Shown in pieces: positions 29,277 through 38,289 of a stretch of 64,000 nucleotides of DNA. Below the pieces are notes generated by a model. The model was not told the origin of the DNA. It worked only from the letters and a program-made list of their open reading frames with translations, and ran no database searches. The stretch comes from an uncultured Lentimicrobiaceae bacterium (GTDB taxonomy: Bacteria > Bacteroidota > Bacteroidia > Bacteroidales > WCHB1-69), in the NCBI GenBank assembly GCA_964521105.1, contig CAZFPO010000006.1:2822-66821 (forward strand), in the 5' to 3' direction. The translations under genes were made by a program, and so were the position numbers. The stretch's first letter is position 1, and every line of letters starts with the position of its first letter.

Positions 29277-30167
29277 ATGACAAAAAAAACATTTGCGATT
29301 TATAGTAAAACGCACGGCAAACAGTCGTACGAAGTTTTTCAAAAAGTTTTTGATACTATTATAAATCAAGGGAATAATGTTATTTTATACGAACCGCTAA
29401 AAGAAATTTTACAAAGTAAAATTTCCATTAAAAATGATGTGGATTTTTTTAACAGTTACGATACATTATTAAACAAAGCCGATTGCATGTTGTCTATTGG
29501 AGGCGATGGTACATTTTTAGGGACATTGCCTTTTATTAAAGATAGTAATTTGCCAATTATTGGCGTAAATAATGGGAGATTAGGTTTTTTAGCGAACACT
29601 CAAATCGATGACGTAGAAAAATCATTGCATAGTTTTATTAATAATGAATATGTTGTAGATAAAAGAACGTTACTAGAACTAAAATCACCCAATAATTCGT
29701 TTAATGAGCCCCAGTTGTACGCATTAAACGATATTACGATTCGTCGAAGCGAAAATGCTTCCATGCTTTCGTTTCAGGTGGAAGTGAATGGAGAATTTTT
29801 AAATAATTATTGGGCAGATGGTATTATTGTTTCTACTCCTACAGGCTCCACAGCATATTCGCTAAGTTGCGGTGGACCTATTCTTACACCCGATTCCAAT
29901 AGTTTTATTTTAACTCCCATTGCTTCGCATACATTAACCGTTCGCCCAGTGGTTTTTTCAGATACAAACACAATCAAGGTTAAAGTATCGGGTAGGGCTT
30001 GTCATTATACCTTAGGTGTTGATTCGAGTAGTTTAAATTTAAATACAAGCATCGAATTAATTATTTCAAAAGCTCCATTCCAACTTAATATTGTTCAATT
30101 TAAAGAAAATTCATTTTTTAAAACAATTCGCGAGAAATTAATGTGGGGTTTTGACAAAAGGAATTAA
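29277..30167 (+). CDS. nadK: NAD kinase
   Basis: GGDGTFL, NNGRLGFL, STPTGSTAYSLSCGGPI. The start is set at ATG 29277 (MTKKTFAIY) rather than the tracked 29235, which overlaps the upstream gene. Confidence 0.88.
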   Translation: MTKKTFAIYSKTHGKQSYEVFQKVFDTIINQGNNVILYEPLKEILQSKISIKNDVDFFNSYDTLLNKADCMLSIGGDGTFLGTLPFIKDSNLPIIGVNNGRLGFLANTQIDDVEKSLHSFINNEYVVDKRTLLELKSPNNSFNEPQLYALNDITIRRSENASMLSFQVEVNGEFLNNYWADGIIVSTPTGSTAYSLSCGGPILTPDSNSFILTPIASHTLTVRPVVFSDTNTIKVKVSGRACHYTLGVDSSSLNLNTSIELIISKAPFQLNIVQFKENSFFKTIREKLMWGFDKRN

Positions 30168-30236
30168 CATAGAAAAATGCCGCAATTATGAAAACAATTC
30201 CTTTCATTATTTTGTTAACTTTAAAATGAAAATCGT

Positions 30237-31082
30237 ATGAAATACTTAGGAGCACATGTTAGTGCTAGTGGTGGAGTAGAAAATGCCGTTATAAATGCCG
30301 TCAACATCGGTGCAAAAGCATTTGCTTTATTTACAAAAAACCAACGTCAATGGTTTGCACCACCTTTGAGTAAAACAAGTATTAAAAAATTTAGAGAGTT
30401 ATGCGAAAAACACGAATTTAAAGCATTTCAAATTTTACCTCACGACAGTTACCTTATCAATTTAGGACATCCCGAAGCCGATGCATTAGAAAAATCTAGA
30501 GAAGCTTTTTTAGATGAAATGCAACGCTGCGAACAACTTGGTTTAGATCGTTTAAATTTTCATCCAGGCAGTCATTTAAATAAAATTTCCGAAGAGGAGT
30601 GCTTAAAAACCATTGCCGAATCCATAAATATTGTTTTGGATAAAACCAAAGGTGTTTCGGCAGTAATTGAAAACACTGCAGGACAAGGCACAAATTTAGG
30701 CTTCATGTTTGAACAAATTGCATTTATTATTGCAAATGTTGAAGATAAATCAAGAGTTGGAGTTTGTATCGACACCTGCCATAGTTTTTCAGCTGGTTAT
30801 GATTTATCAACTGCCGAAGGTTTTGAAAAAACGTTTACTCATTTTGATGAGGTGATTGGATTCCCATTTTTAAAAGGGATGCATATAAACGACTCGAAAA
30901 AAGCTTTTGGAAGCCGTGTTGACCGTCATGAAAGTATTGGAATTGGAACGTTGGGGCATGAAGTCTTTAAAATTTTAATGAACGACACTCGATTTGATAA
31001 CATACCTCTAATTATAGAAACTCCAAACGAAGAAATTTGGGACGAAGAAATTAAATTATTGTATTCACTTATTTTGGACTAA
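30237..31082 (+). CDS. nfo: Deoxyribonuclease IV (endonuclease IV)
   Basis: 281 aa. [40 protein letters not shown]. Confidence 0.92.
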   Translation: MKYLGAHVSASGGVENAVINAVNIGAKAFALFTKNQRQWFAPPLSKTSIKKFRELCEKHEFKAFQILPHDSYLINLGHPEADALEKSREAFLDEMQRCEQLGLDRLNFHPGSHLNKISEEECLKTIAESINIVLDKTKGVSAVIENTAGQGTNLGFMFEQIAFIIANVEDKSRVGVCIDTCHSFSAGYDLSTAEGFEKTFTHFDEVIGFPFLKGMHINDSKKAFGSRVDRHESIGIGTLGHEVFKILMNDTRFDNIPLIIETPNEEIWDEEIKLLYSLILD

Positions 31083-31277
31083 ACGATTCTGTTTTTTGGC
31101 TTAGGCATGGGGTTGCAACCCCTTGAACTGAAAGTACAAAAAGATAATTGAATTGGACTATTATAGTAACCATGTCGGTATAAATCCTTGTCATACTGTA
31201 CGATATTGAAGAATATTGTACCTGGACAATATTTGTTATTTATTTGTTATTTGCATTGCATTATCATAATCATTACA

Positions 31278-31285
31278 TATCTTTG
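31278..31285 (+). promoter_or_regulatory. -7 promoter box (TATCTTTG) upstream of the tandem paralogs
   Basis: Matches TAnnTTTG and lies 19 nt upstream of the ATG at 31305. Confidence 0.5.
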
Positions 31286-31304
31286 AAATCAAATAACTTA
31301 TGAT

Positions 31305-31889
31305 ATGAGGGAAATAACATCCTGTATTAGTGTTTGTATTTTATTGATTTCTATGCAAACAAATGTCTTTTCGCAGTCAAATTTAACTTCGGGCAGACTT
31401 GTATTCAAGCAAATCAGAGGTGGTAAAACATATCCGAACGATACAATTTGGTATGCACCAGGAATTATTAAAGACAGGGCAAATTTTCATGATTTGATTA
31501 AAAACAAAAATTACTGGATTTTTGGCACAGACACACAAGTTGTATTTAATAAAACACTAGAAAAAGAAGTTTCGGCAGAATATAAGAAGATTAAAACAAC
31601 TTTATACCCTAAGGACACAGCAAGCTTTGCAGGAATAAAATGCCAAAAAGCAATCATGAAAACTTTGGATAAAGACAGCAATAGCTTTGTTTGGACAGTT
31701 TATTACAATCCAAAAGTAGGAAGTAAAAAAAGCAATTATTATCGGGTTTTTAAAGATATTGATGGAATCCCTCTATATTTTTCGGTTGACGATTGGACAT
31801 ACGAATTAATCGAATTTGTTGAAGTGAAAAAAGAAGACATTAATATTCCTCAAATTGTAGTAAAATATAAACCAAAGAAAAAGGATTAA
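31305..31889 (+). CDS. Secreted hypothetical protein, paralog 1
   Basis: 194 aa. Signal peptide ending VFSQ. Shares long identical blocks with the next gene. Confidence 0.6.
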   Translation: MREITSCISVCILLISMQTNVFSQSNLTSGRLVFKQIRGGKTYPNDTIWYAPGIIKDRANFHDLIKNKNYWIFGTDTQVVFNKTLEKEVSAEYKKIKTTLYPKDTASFAGIKCQKAIMKTLDKDSNSFVWTVYYNPKVGSKKSNYYRVFKDIDGIPLYFSVDDWTYELIEFVEVKKEDINIPQIVVKYKPKKKD

Positions 31890-32023
31890 AATAGTGAATT
31901 TCAAAAATATAATTCATATTGAGGTTAAAAAAATCAACTATGAGACTCTTCTCTTTTAAAGGACATAAATGATTTAATTTAGAGGTGTTGATGGAAAAAC
32001 AAATTTAAAAAAAATCAAATAAT

Positions 32024-32608
32024 ATGAAGAAAATCACAATTTACATTAGTGTTTGTCTTTTATTGATTTCAATGCAACCGAATATTTTTTCGCAGTCGAA
32101 TTTATCTTCCGGTAGACTAGTATTCAAGCAAATCAGAGGTGGAAAAACATATCCGAACGATACAATTTGGTACACCCCAAACTTAATTCGTGACAGATAC
32201 AGTTATCATGATTTAAGTTTACAAAAGAGTTTTAAAATATTCAATAACGATACTATCGTTCATCTTTACAAAAACAGGAAACAGGAAGTAACGGATGAAT
32301 ATAAAAAGATAAAGGTGACTGTTTATCCCAAAGACACGGCATGCTTTGCCGGTATAAAATGCCAAAAAGCAATTATGAAAACTTTGGATAAAGACAGCAA
32401 TAGTTTTGTTTGGACAGTTTATTACAATCCAAAAATTGGAAGTAAAAAACATAATTACTATCGGGTTTTCAAAGATATTGATGGAATCCCATTGTTTTCT
32501 TCGGTTGATGATTGGACGTACGAATTGATTGAATACACCGAAATCAGAAAAGAGGATATTGATATTCCAAGTTTTGTAGTAAAATATAAAACGAAAAAGA
32601 AGGAATAA
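32024..32608 (+). CDS. Secreted hypothetical protein, paralog 2
   Basis: 194 aa. Signal peptide ending IFSQ. Blocks SGRLVFKQIRGGKTYPNDTIWY and FAGIKCQKAIMKTLDKDSNSFVWTVYYNPK are identical to paralog 1. Confidence 0.6.
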   Translation: MKKITIYISVCLLLISMQPNIFSQSNLSSGRLVFKQIRGGKTYPNDTIWYTPNLIRDRYSYHDLSLQKSFKIFNNDTIVHLYKNRKQEVTDEYKKIKVTVYPKDTACFAGIKCQKAIMKTLDKDSNSFVWTVYYNPKIGSKKHNYYRVFKDIDGIPLFSSVDDWTYELIEYTEIRKEDIDIPSFVVKYKTKKKE

Positions 32609-32702
32609 AATAAAACGGAGTTTGGTAAATCAGTTTAGTAAAAATTTTTTCATTGACGTAGTTTACCTTAATTTTCATACCTCTTATTGGGCACATTAGT
32701 TT

Positions 32703-33803
32703 TTAATCTTCATTATTGAATTGTCGATAAGAGTCAGTTTTCATAATGTCAATTTTGAAATTATTTTCATCAATCTTGATTATAATTACACTATCAAAAC
32801 CGAGCTCATTAAGTATATCTATTGTTGCAAGTTCGCCTTCTTTTAAACGTAATACTTTTCTTAAAAGCCAATCAGACATAGCTTTATTGGGGTCGGTCAT
32901 CAATGCTTTAGAGTTATCTTGACAAACCTTTGCAGTAAATGATTCGCCCGTTGGGATTGATAAGTTAAAATGAACATCCCTGGCAGGAAAAAAATTAGAA
33001 AATTTTTTGTGTATTTCAATTGGAATTGGAATATAAATTTCCCCCATATCACGTGCTCTGCCACCAGCGTTCCATTGATTTAACCCTGATTTTTCATAGA
33101 CAAATTTCTCTTTATTTTTAATACCGTATAGGGGAAGTACAACAAAGTTCACTCCTTTGATTAGTTTGTCTGTTGCTGGTTTTAAAATTTTATTTTCAAA
33201 AAGCTCAAGTAACAGTGTATAGGGATCTTCAATTATTTCAATGGGAAATCTGTATGCATTTTGTGGGATAAAAAACTTTCTAAATAGAGTGCTTTTTGAA
33301 TAATTATAGGAATAAATATTATTCCCATCCTCAAATTGCAAACTTGCTTTATTGTCTTTTATAGAATGAATGTTTGAAATATCAATGGTGTTATAATCTG
33401 TTTCATAAAGTATTAATTCTTTCTCTTTACGAGCTACAATATGATATAATGAACTTTCAATATCGTAGAGGCGGTTTGCTAAATTTATTCTATCGTTTCT
33501 AAATTCACCTAATTTTATGGCGAGTTCTTTGCCTTTAAAATCGGCTAAAACGATAGATAAAGAGTTAAATTCAGCAACCTTTTCTGTGCTATTATTAGAG
33601 TTGCAAGTAAATGTTTTTAAACCAACACCAATTGAATTGTATTTTGCATCAAAAGCAGTGTCTGATCGACTTAAGTTATTTGCATTAAAACTTCTACAAA
33701 AGATATTTTCGGCAACTCTATAATTAATAAACGGTATGGAACTTTCACTGAATAAACCCGATAATTTTGAAACAGCGGAAAGTAACTTTGGAGCTATTAC
33801 CCG
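32703..33803 (-). pseudogene. Restriction-endonuclease-like frame of 367 codons with no ATG/GTG/TTG in its first 154 codons. Probably N-terminally disrupted.
   Basis: Hand translation shows the frame of tracked ORF 32703..33341 stays open upstream to 33803 (RVIAPKLLSAVSKLSGLFSESSIPFINYRVAENIFCRSFNANNLSRSDTAFDAKYNSIGVGLKTF...). An in-frame GTG at 33854 is cut off from it by TGA (33815-33813) and TAA (33806-33804). The C-terminal part (LNQWNAGGRARDMGEIYIPIP...FTAKVCQDNSKALM) recalls DNA-binding modules of type II enzymes. Confidence 0.4.
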
Positions 33804-33871
33804 TTATTCGTTTCAATCTTTTTTGTTAATAAAACGACAATAAAGGATTTTCACTACTATAGGGGCTATGG

Positions 33872-34141
33872 CTAACCAAGTTCCATATAATCACAAATAA
33901 TTTCATTAACTACAAAATCTTCTTCATCTTCTTTCATTATTAATCTTGAAGTTAATATTCTAAACCAATTATCTATTTCAATAGGAGTTTTAAGTTCTTT
34001 TAAAAAATCAAATTTTTCATTATTTGAATTAAATTCATCAAAAAAAATATAAATATCAGCACTGTAGCTATCAGCGTAATTTTCATTGGAATTAATTAGC
34101 AATTCCTCTATATATAATATTTTTTCATCAAAATTTAACAT
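33872..34141 (-). CDS. Small acidic hypothetical protein (89 aa), translationally coupled to the upstream nuclease-like gene
   Basis: Its ATG at 34141 overlaps the stop of the 257-aa gene (ATGTTAA). D/E-rich. No family recognised. Confidence 0.5.
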   Translation of the reverse strand: MLNFDEKILYIEELLINSNENYADSYSADIYIFFDEFNSNNEKFDFLKELKTPIEIDNWFRILTSRLIMKEDEEDFVVNEIICDYMELG

Positions 34142-34908
34142 ATCTCATTAACTAAATGATATTCAATAATAGGATTTGAAATTCTTTCTACTTTATTGAA
34201 TTTTAAATTTTGAGCAGGATTTTCAATGGTTTTAAATGAAGGCAAATCATTTATATTTAAAACTAAAGTAATAAAATAATCGTTTTTGTATTCTAATGCT
34301 TTATTATATTCATTTTCAGTCATCCTAAATCTCCCTTTAGGCTCTCTAATTCCTTTAATTTCAGCTAAATATGTATTTTTATTTACATTAATTTGAAAAT
34401 CATACCCATCTCCATACAATCTTGCATCTTCAATAATTCCATTATTAAAAGTAGAAATTGAATTGAAGTTATTTATAAAGAATAATTCAGCTTCTAATCC
34501 TGTTTCTTGCAATTTTTTAAATCTTGATTTTACAATAGGTTTTACTTCAACTATAAGATCTTTAATTTTATAATTTTCTTTCAAAAATAATTTAACAATA
34601 TCAGCATAACCTTTAACATTTTCAGCTCCAAATAAACTATCAATTAAATATTTTCTATGAATATAAGCATTGCCTTTTTGCCACCACCCTTTTCTTGGAT
34701 TATTTGGAAAAAATGGATCAAACAAATCCATCCTATTCTTTACTACACTTCCCGTTTCAACAATTCCAACATTAACGAAATATTCAAAAAATTTAGCTTT
34801 TGAAGTAAATCCGAATTCCTTTATAAAATCATTATCAAATTTAGACAATCCATATCCTAATAAATTTAGAATTTCGTAATTTTCGTGTTTGTTCCCTTTT
34901 TTCTCCAT
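34135..34908 (-). CDS. Protein with a C-terminal PD-(D/E)XK nuclease-like domain (DUF3883-like)
   Basis: 257 aa. C-terminal GDGYDFQI...(13 aa)...YLAEIKG...FRMTENEYNKA...YFITLV fits a D...ExK nuclease core. Its start is 2 nt after the methyltransferase stop. Confidence 0.5.
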   Translation of the reverse strand: MEKKGNKHENYEILNLLGYGLSKFDNDFIKEFGFTSKAKFFEYFVNVGIVETGSVVKNRMDLFDPFFPNNPRKGWWQKGNAYIHRKYLIDSLFGAENVKGYADIVKLFLKENYKIKDLIVEVKPIVKSRFKKLQETGLEAELFFINNFNSISTFNNGIIEDARLYGDGYDFQINVNKNTYLAEIKGIREPKGRFRMTENEYNKALEYKNDYFITLVLNINDLPSFKTIENPAQNLKFNKVERISNPIIEYHLVNEIC

Positions 34909-34910
34909 AA

Positions 34911-36059
34911 TTAAGCAACAAATTTAGAGTTTGGTAAAATAAAATTATCCGAATATCCTTGAAACAAGAAACACTCTTTAGGAGTTAATTTTCTAATTCC
35001 AAAAGAGTCCTTAATTAAAGGTACATTATGTCCACCCGTACCCATATTTGCAGTTAAAGTTGGGCATAGATTATTTTTGTTTTCTCTGGCATACACTCTT
35101 CGCCACTGATAAACTGTATCTATAGAAACCATTGCATTTTCGAGCTCTGGATAATAAGGGTGGTCTTTTTTATAATAATAAACATCATTTTGTTTACTTT
35201 TTTCTAAACAATTGTGTATTGTTTTTGTAAGTTTAATAGGTTTTGGAAATTCAAATTTAATATGTTTTTTAACCCGCTCGGAATCAAAGGCAACTATAAA
35301 AATTCTTTCACGATTTTGAGGTATATTTGCATGGGTAGCAGAGTTCAAAATTTTAAAATAAACTTTATAACCAAGTTTTTTCTCTAAAATTTCTAAAATT
35401 GTTTTAAACGTTTTTCCATGGTCGTGAGAAATTAAGTTTTTAACATTTTCTAAAAACACAACCTTTGGTTTATGTTTTTCAATAATTTGTTCAATGTCAA
35501 AAAACAATGTTCCTCTTGTGTCTGCAAACCCTTTTTGATAACCTGCAATTGAAAATGCCTGGCAAGGAAACCCTGCACACAAAACATCAAATTCGTTTGG
35601 GATATAATTTTTGTTAAGTTCTTTGGTGATATCACCAAAAGGTATCTCACCAAAGTTTGCTTTATAGGTTTTTTTAGCATCATTATTCCATTCACTTGAA
35701 AACACACACTTTCCTCCTATATTTTGCAAGGCAAGTCTAAAACCGCCAATTCCTGCAAATAGATCTATAAACTTAAATGAATATTTCTCAGGTGTTGGAA
35801 ATGGAACATTTTCAACCTCAAACAAAAGTTGTTGCAAAGCATCTTCGGCAACAATTGAAGAGTTGTCTTCAATTTGCTTGTATTCAATAAAATGTTTGAA
35901 AGATGTAAGTGCATCTTTTTCATAATGTTTTTTTATTCCATTTTTGAAATTATGCAAATAGTGGGTCAAAACAGCTTCGTCTTCGACTTCATAGCCAAAA
36001 TTAAGTTTGAAGTTTTTATCACTAAAATCTTCTATACTAATTGTTTGTTCAAGCCTCAT
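34911..36059 (-). CDS. DNA (cytosine-5)-methyltransferase
   Basis: 382 aa. Motif I FIDLFAGIGGF, motif IV GFPCQAFSIAG, motif VI ENVKNL, motif VIII QNRERIFIV, motif IX/X TLTANMGTGGHNVP and RKLTPKECFLFQGY. Confidence 0.92.
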   Translation of the reverse strand: MRLEQTISIEDFSDKNFKLNFGYEVEDEAVLTHYLHNFKNGIKKHYEKDALTSFKHFIEYKQIEDNSSIVAEDALQQLLFEVENVPFPTPEKYSFKFIDLFAGIGGFRLALQNIGGKCVFSSEWNNDAKKTYKANFGEIPFGDITKELNKNYIPNEFDVLCAGFPCQAFSIAGYQKGFADTRGTLFFDIEQIIEKHKPKVVFLENVKNLISHDHGKTFKTILEILEKKLGYKVYFKILNSATHANIPQNRERIFIVAFDSERVKKHIKFEFPKPIKLTKTIHNCLEKSKQNDVYYYKKDHPYYPELENAMVSIDTVYQWRRVYARENKNNLCPTLTANMGTGGHNVPLIKDSFGIRKLTPKECFLFQGYSDNFILPNSKFVA

Positions 36060-36142
36060 TTTTTGATAATAAAATTTAGCACAATATACAAAATATTTTT
36101 CTGATTTTATGTTTCTGCTTCTCTTGCAATAATAAATATAAT

Positions 36143-37102
36143 TTATTTCTGTTTATTTAAAAAATCTCTGACTTCAGCCATAAATTCGGGTAATTGACGT
36201 AAGGCAGCCAGCTCTCTCCATTTTTTTCGAGCATCGTCGGCAGGTGCACCAAAGTAAACTTTTCCATTACCTTCGGTACTTTTATCTAATGCTGAAGTAG
36301 CCAATATTACAGAGCCTTTTCCAATAACTAAATCTTTGTTTATAGCAACTTTTGCCCAAATTAAGCATTCGTCTTCAATAACCGTAACTCCAGCAATTGC
36401 ACAATGAGCACCAATTAAGCAAAGTTTTCCGATACGGGTATCGTGACCAACATGAGCATGATTATCGAATTTTGTTCCTTTTCCAATTAAAGTATCGCCC
36501 GAAACGCCTCTGTCGACGGTACATAATGCACCAATTTCAACGTCATCTTCAATAACAACACGTCCACAGGAATTCATTTTATCCCATTTATCGGGTCTAC
36601 GTTTAAAATAATAAGCATCAGCACCAATTACGCAATTGGAATGAATGATAACATTGTTTCCAAGCACACAATGATCGTAAATGCTGGCGTTTGAATGTAT
36701 TACGCAATTGTCGCCAATTTTTACGTGATTTCCGACAAATGCACCCGGCTGAATAATCGTGTTTTTGCCAATAATAGCACTTGGACTAATTAAAGCACTT
36801 GCAGATTCAAATTTCCGGAAATACAGCACAATTTTATTGTAATCGCGAAATGGATCATCCGAAATAATGAGTACTTTGCCTTCGGGACACTCCACTTCTT
36901 TATTAATAATAATAATTGTTGCTTTTGAATTTAGTGCTTTGTCGTAATATTTTGGATGATCAACAAACGTAATATCACCTGATTCGACCATGTGAATTTC
37001 GTTAATACCTTTAACGGGGATGGTTTTATCACCCGAAACTAACACGTGTTTACCAATAATATCAACAATTTGCGTAACAGAATAAGTAATGTCAAATTTC
37101 AT
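36143..37102 (-). CDS. lpxD: UDP-3-O-acylglucosamine N-acyltransferase
   Basis: 319 aa. N-terminal LpxD-type domain, then left-handed beta-helix hexapeptide repeats. Confidence 0.8.
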   Translation of the reverse strand: MKFDITYSVTQIVDIIGKHVLVSGDKTIPVKGINEIHMVESGDITFVDHPKYYDKALNSKATIIIINKEVECPEGKVLIISDDPFRDYNKIVLYFRKFESASALISPSAIIGKNTIIQPGAFVGNHVKIGDNCVIHSNASIYDHCVLGNNVIIHSNCVIGADAYYFKRRPDKWDKMNSCGRVVIEDDVEIGALCTVDRGVSGDTLIGKGTKFDNHAHVGHDTRIGKLCLIGAHCAIAGVTVIEDECLIWAKVAINKDLVIGKGSVILATSALDKSTEGNGKVYFGAPADDARKKWRELAALRQLPEFMAEVRDFLNKQK

Positions 37103-37115
37103 AAAAAAGTGGTTT

Positions 37116-37141
37116 CAAAAAAAAAGCCCTTTTAAAGGGCT
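37116..37141 (-). terminator. Rho-independent terminator after efp
   Basis: The minus strand reads AGCCCTTTAAAAGGGCT followed by TTTTTTTTT, 6 nt after the efp stop. Confidence 0.75.
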
Positions 37142-37146
37142 GTGTG

Positions 37147-37716
37147 TTATTCTTTAACGCGTTCGGAATATTTGTTAGTGCGGGTATCAATTTTAATTTT
37201 TTCGCCTTCATTGATAAAAAGCGGAACCATTACTTCGGCACCTGTTTCAACGGTAGCACGTTTTGCTGCATTTGTAGCGGTGTCGCCTTTAACACCGGGT
37301 TCGGTATAAGTAACTACCAAGTCGACAAATGCAGGTAATTCACAAGTTAATGGAGTTTCGGTATCTACATGATATAAGATTTCAACAACTTGACCTTCTT
37401 TTAATAATCCGGGGTTGTTAATCATATCTTCTTCTATAATTAATTGTTCGTAGGTTTCGCAGTGCATAAAATTGTAAGAAGTATTTCCTTCTTTATATAG
37501 GAATTGATAAGGTCTTCTTTCAACGCGGGCAATATCTATCTTTACACCGGAAGTAAAAGTATTATCCAATACTTTACCGGTTTTTAGATTTTTAATTTTT
37601 GTACGAACGAATGCAGGTCCTTTACCGGGTTTAACATGTAAAAATTCGGTAATAATCCATAATTCATTATTAAAGTCAATGCATAATCCGTTTCTAAAAT
37701 CTGCTGTTGTAGCCAT
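37147..37716 (-). CDS. efp: Elongation factor P
   Basis: 189 aa. [12 protein letters not shown]...[18 protein letters not shown]. Confidence 0.93.
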   Translation of the reverse strand: MATTADFRNGLCIDFNNELWIITEFLHVKPGKGPAFVRTKIKNLKTGKVLDNTFTSGVKIDIARVERRPYQFLYKEGNTSYNFMHCETYEQLIIEEDMINNPGLLKEGQVVEILYHVDTETPLTCELPAFVDLVVTYTEPGVKGDTATNAAKRATVETGAEVMVPLFINEGEKIKIDTRTNKYSERVKE

Positions 37717-37748
37717 AAAGTGATAATTTTATTTTAAATTTAGTGAGA

Positions 37749-37756
37749 CAAAATTA
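37749..37756 (-). promoter_or_regulatory. -7 promoter box (TAATTTTG) upstream of efp
   Basis: Minus-strand TAATTTTG lies 32 nt upstream of the start at 37716. Confidence 0.4.
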
Positions 37757-37800
37757 AGGATAAAAATTAAATAACCCAAATTGTATGAGTAATAAATAAA

Positions 37801-37824
37801 AAAAATCTCCAATTGGAGATTTTT
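37801..37824 (-). terminator. Rho-independent terminator at the end of the dcw/ftsZ/yqeY transcription unit
   Basis: AAAAATCTCCAATTGGAGATTTTT palindrome with a T-run on the minus strand, 14 nt after the stop at 37838. Confidence 0.7.
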
Positions 37825-37837
37825 ATATGGTTAAAAC

Positions 37838-38287
37838 TCAAGAGAGTAGTTTTTTTATTACTTCGGAAATGGTTTTGTTGTCGGTTTTACCTTGAAGTTG
37901 TTTTGAGGCAATTCCCATAACTTTACCCATATCTTTAATGCCATTAGCATTTGTTTGTTGAATAATTTCTCCGACAATTTTTTCAATGTCGGTAATATTC
38001 ATTTGAGGTGGTAAATATTGACTAATAATGGTTGATTGTAAAAACTCTTGTTCGTATAAATCGGAACGGTTTTGTTCTTTGTATATTTGAGCCGAGTCGT
38101 TACGTTGTTTTATTAATTTTTGAATAAGCTGAAGTTCTTCCTCATCGGATAAACTATCGTTTTGTGCTTTGCTTGAAGAAGCAATAGTGAAAGCTGTTTT
38201 AACTGCACGAAGTGCTTCGAGTTTTGTTTTATCGCGAGCCAACATGGCTGCTTTAATGTCGTTATTAATCAGTTCAGAGTATTTCAT
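37838..38287 (-). CDS. GatB/YqeY domain protein
   Basis: 149 aa. LINNDIKAAMLARDKTKLEALRAVKTAF...GKVMGIASKQLQGKTDNKTISEVIKKLL. Confidence 0.8.
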   Translation of the reverse strand: MKYSELINNDIKAAMLARDKTKLEALRAVKTAFTIASSSKAQNDSLSDEEELQLIQKLIKQRNDSAQIYKEQNRSDLYEQEFLQSTIISQYLPPQMNITDIEKIVGEIIQQTNANGIKDMGKVMGIASKQLQGKTDNKTISEVIKKLLS

Positions 38288-38289
38288 TT

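Noticed and set aside
31305-32608. Assignment of the tandem paralogs to the GLPGLI family of Bacteroidota paralogous proteins
   Set aside because: Only vague resemblance (IWY.P and DGIPL). The order and spacing of motifs do not match what I recall of that family, and there is no GLPGLI motif.
33517-33723. 68-aa plus-strand ORF
   Set aside because: It is antisense to the open endonuclease-like frame, so it is a shadow ORF.
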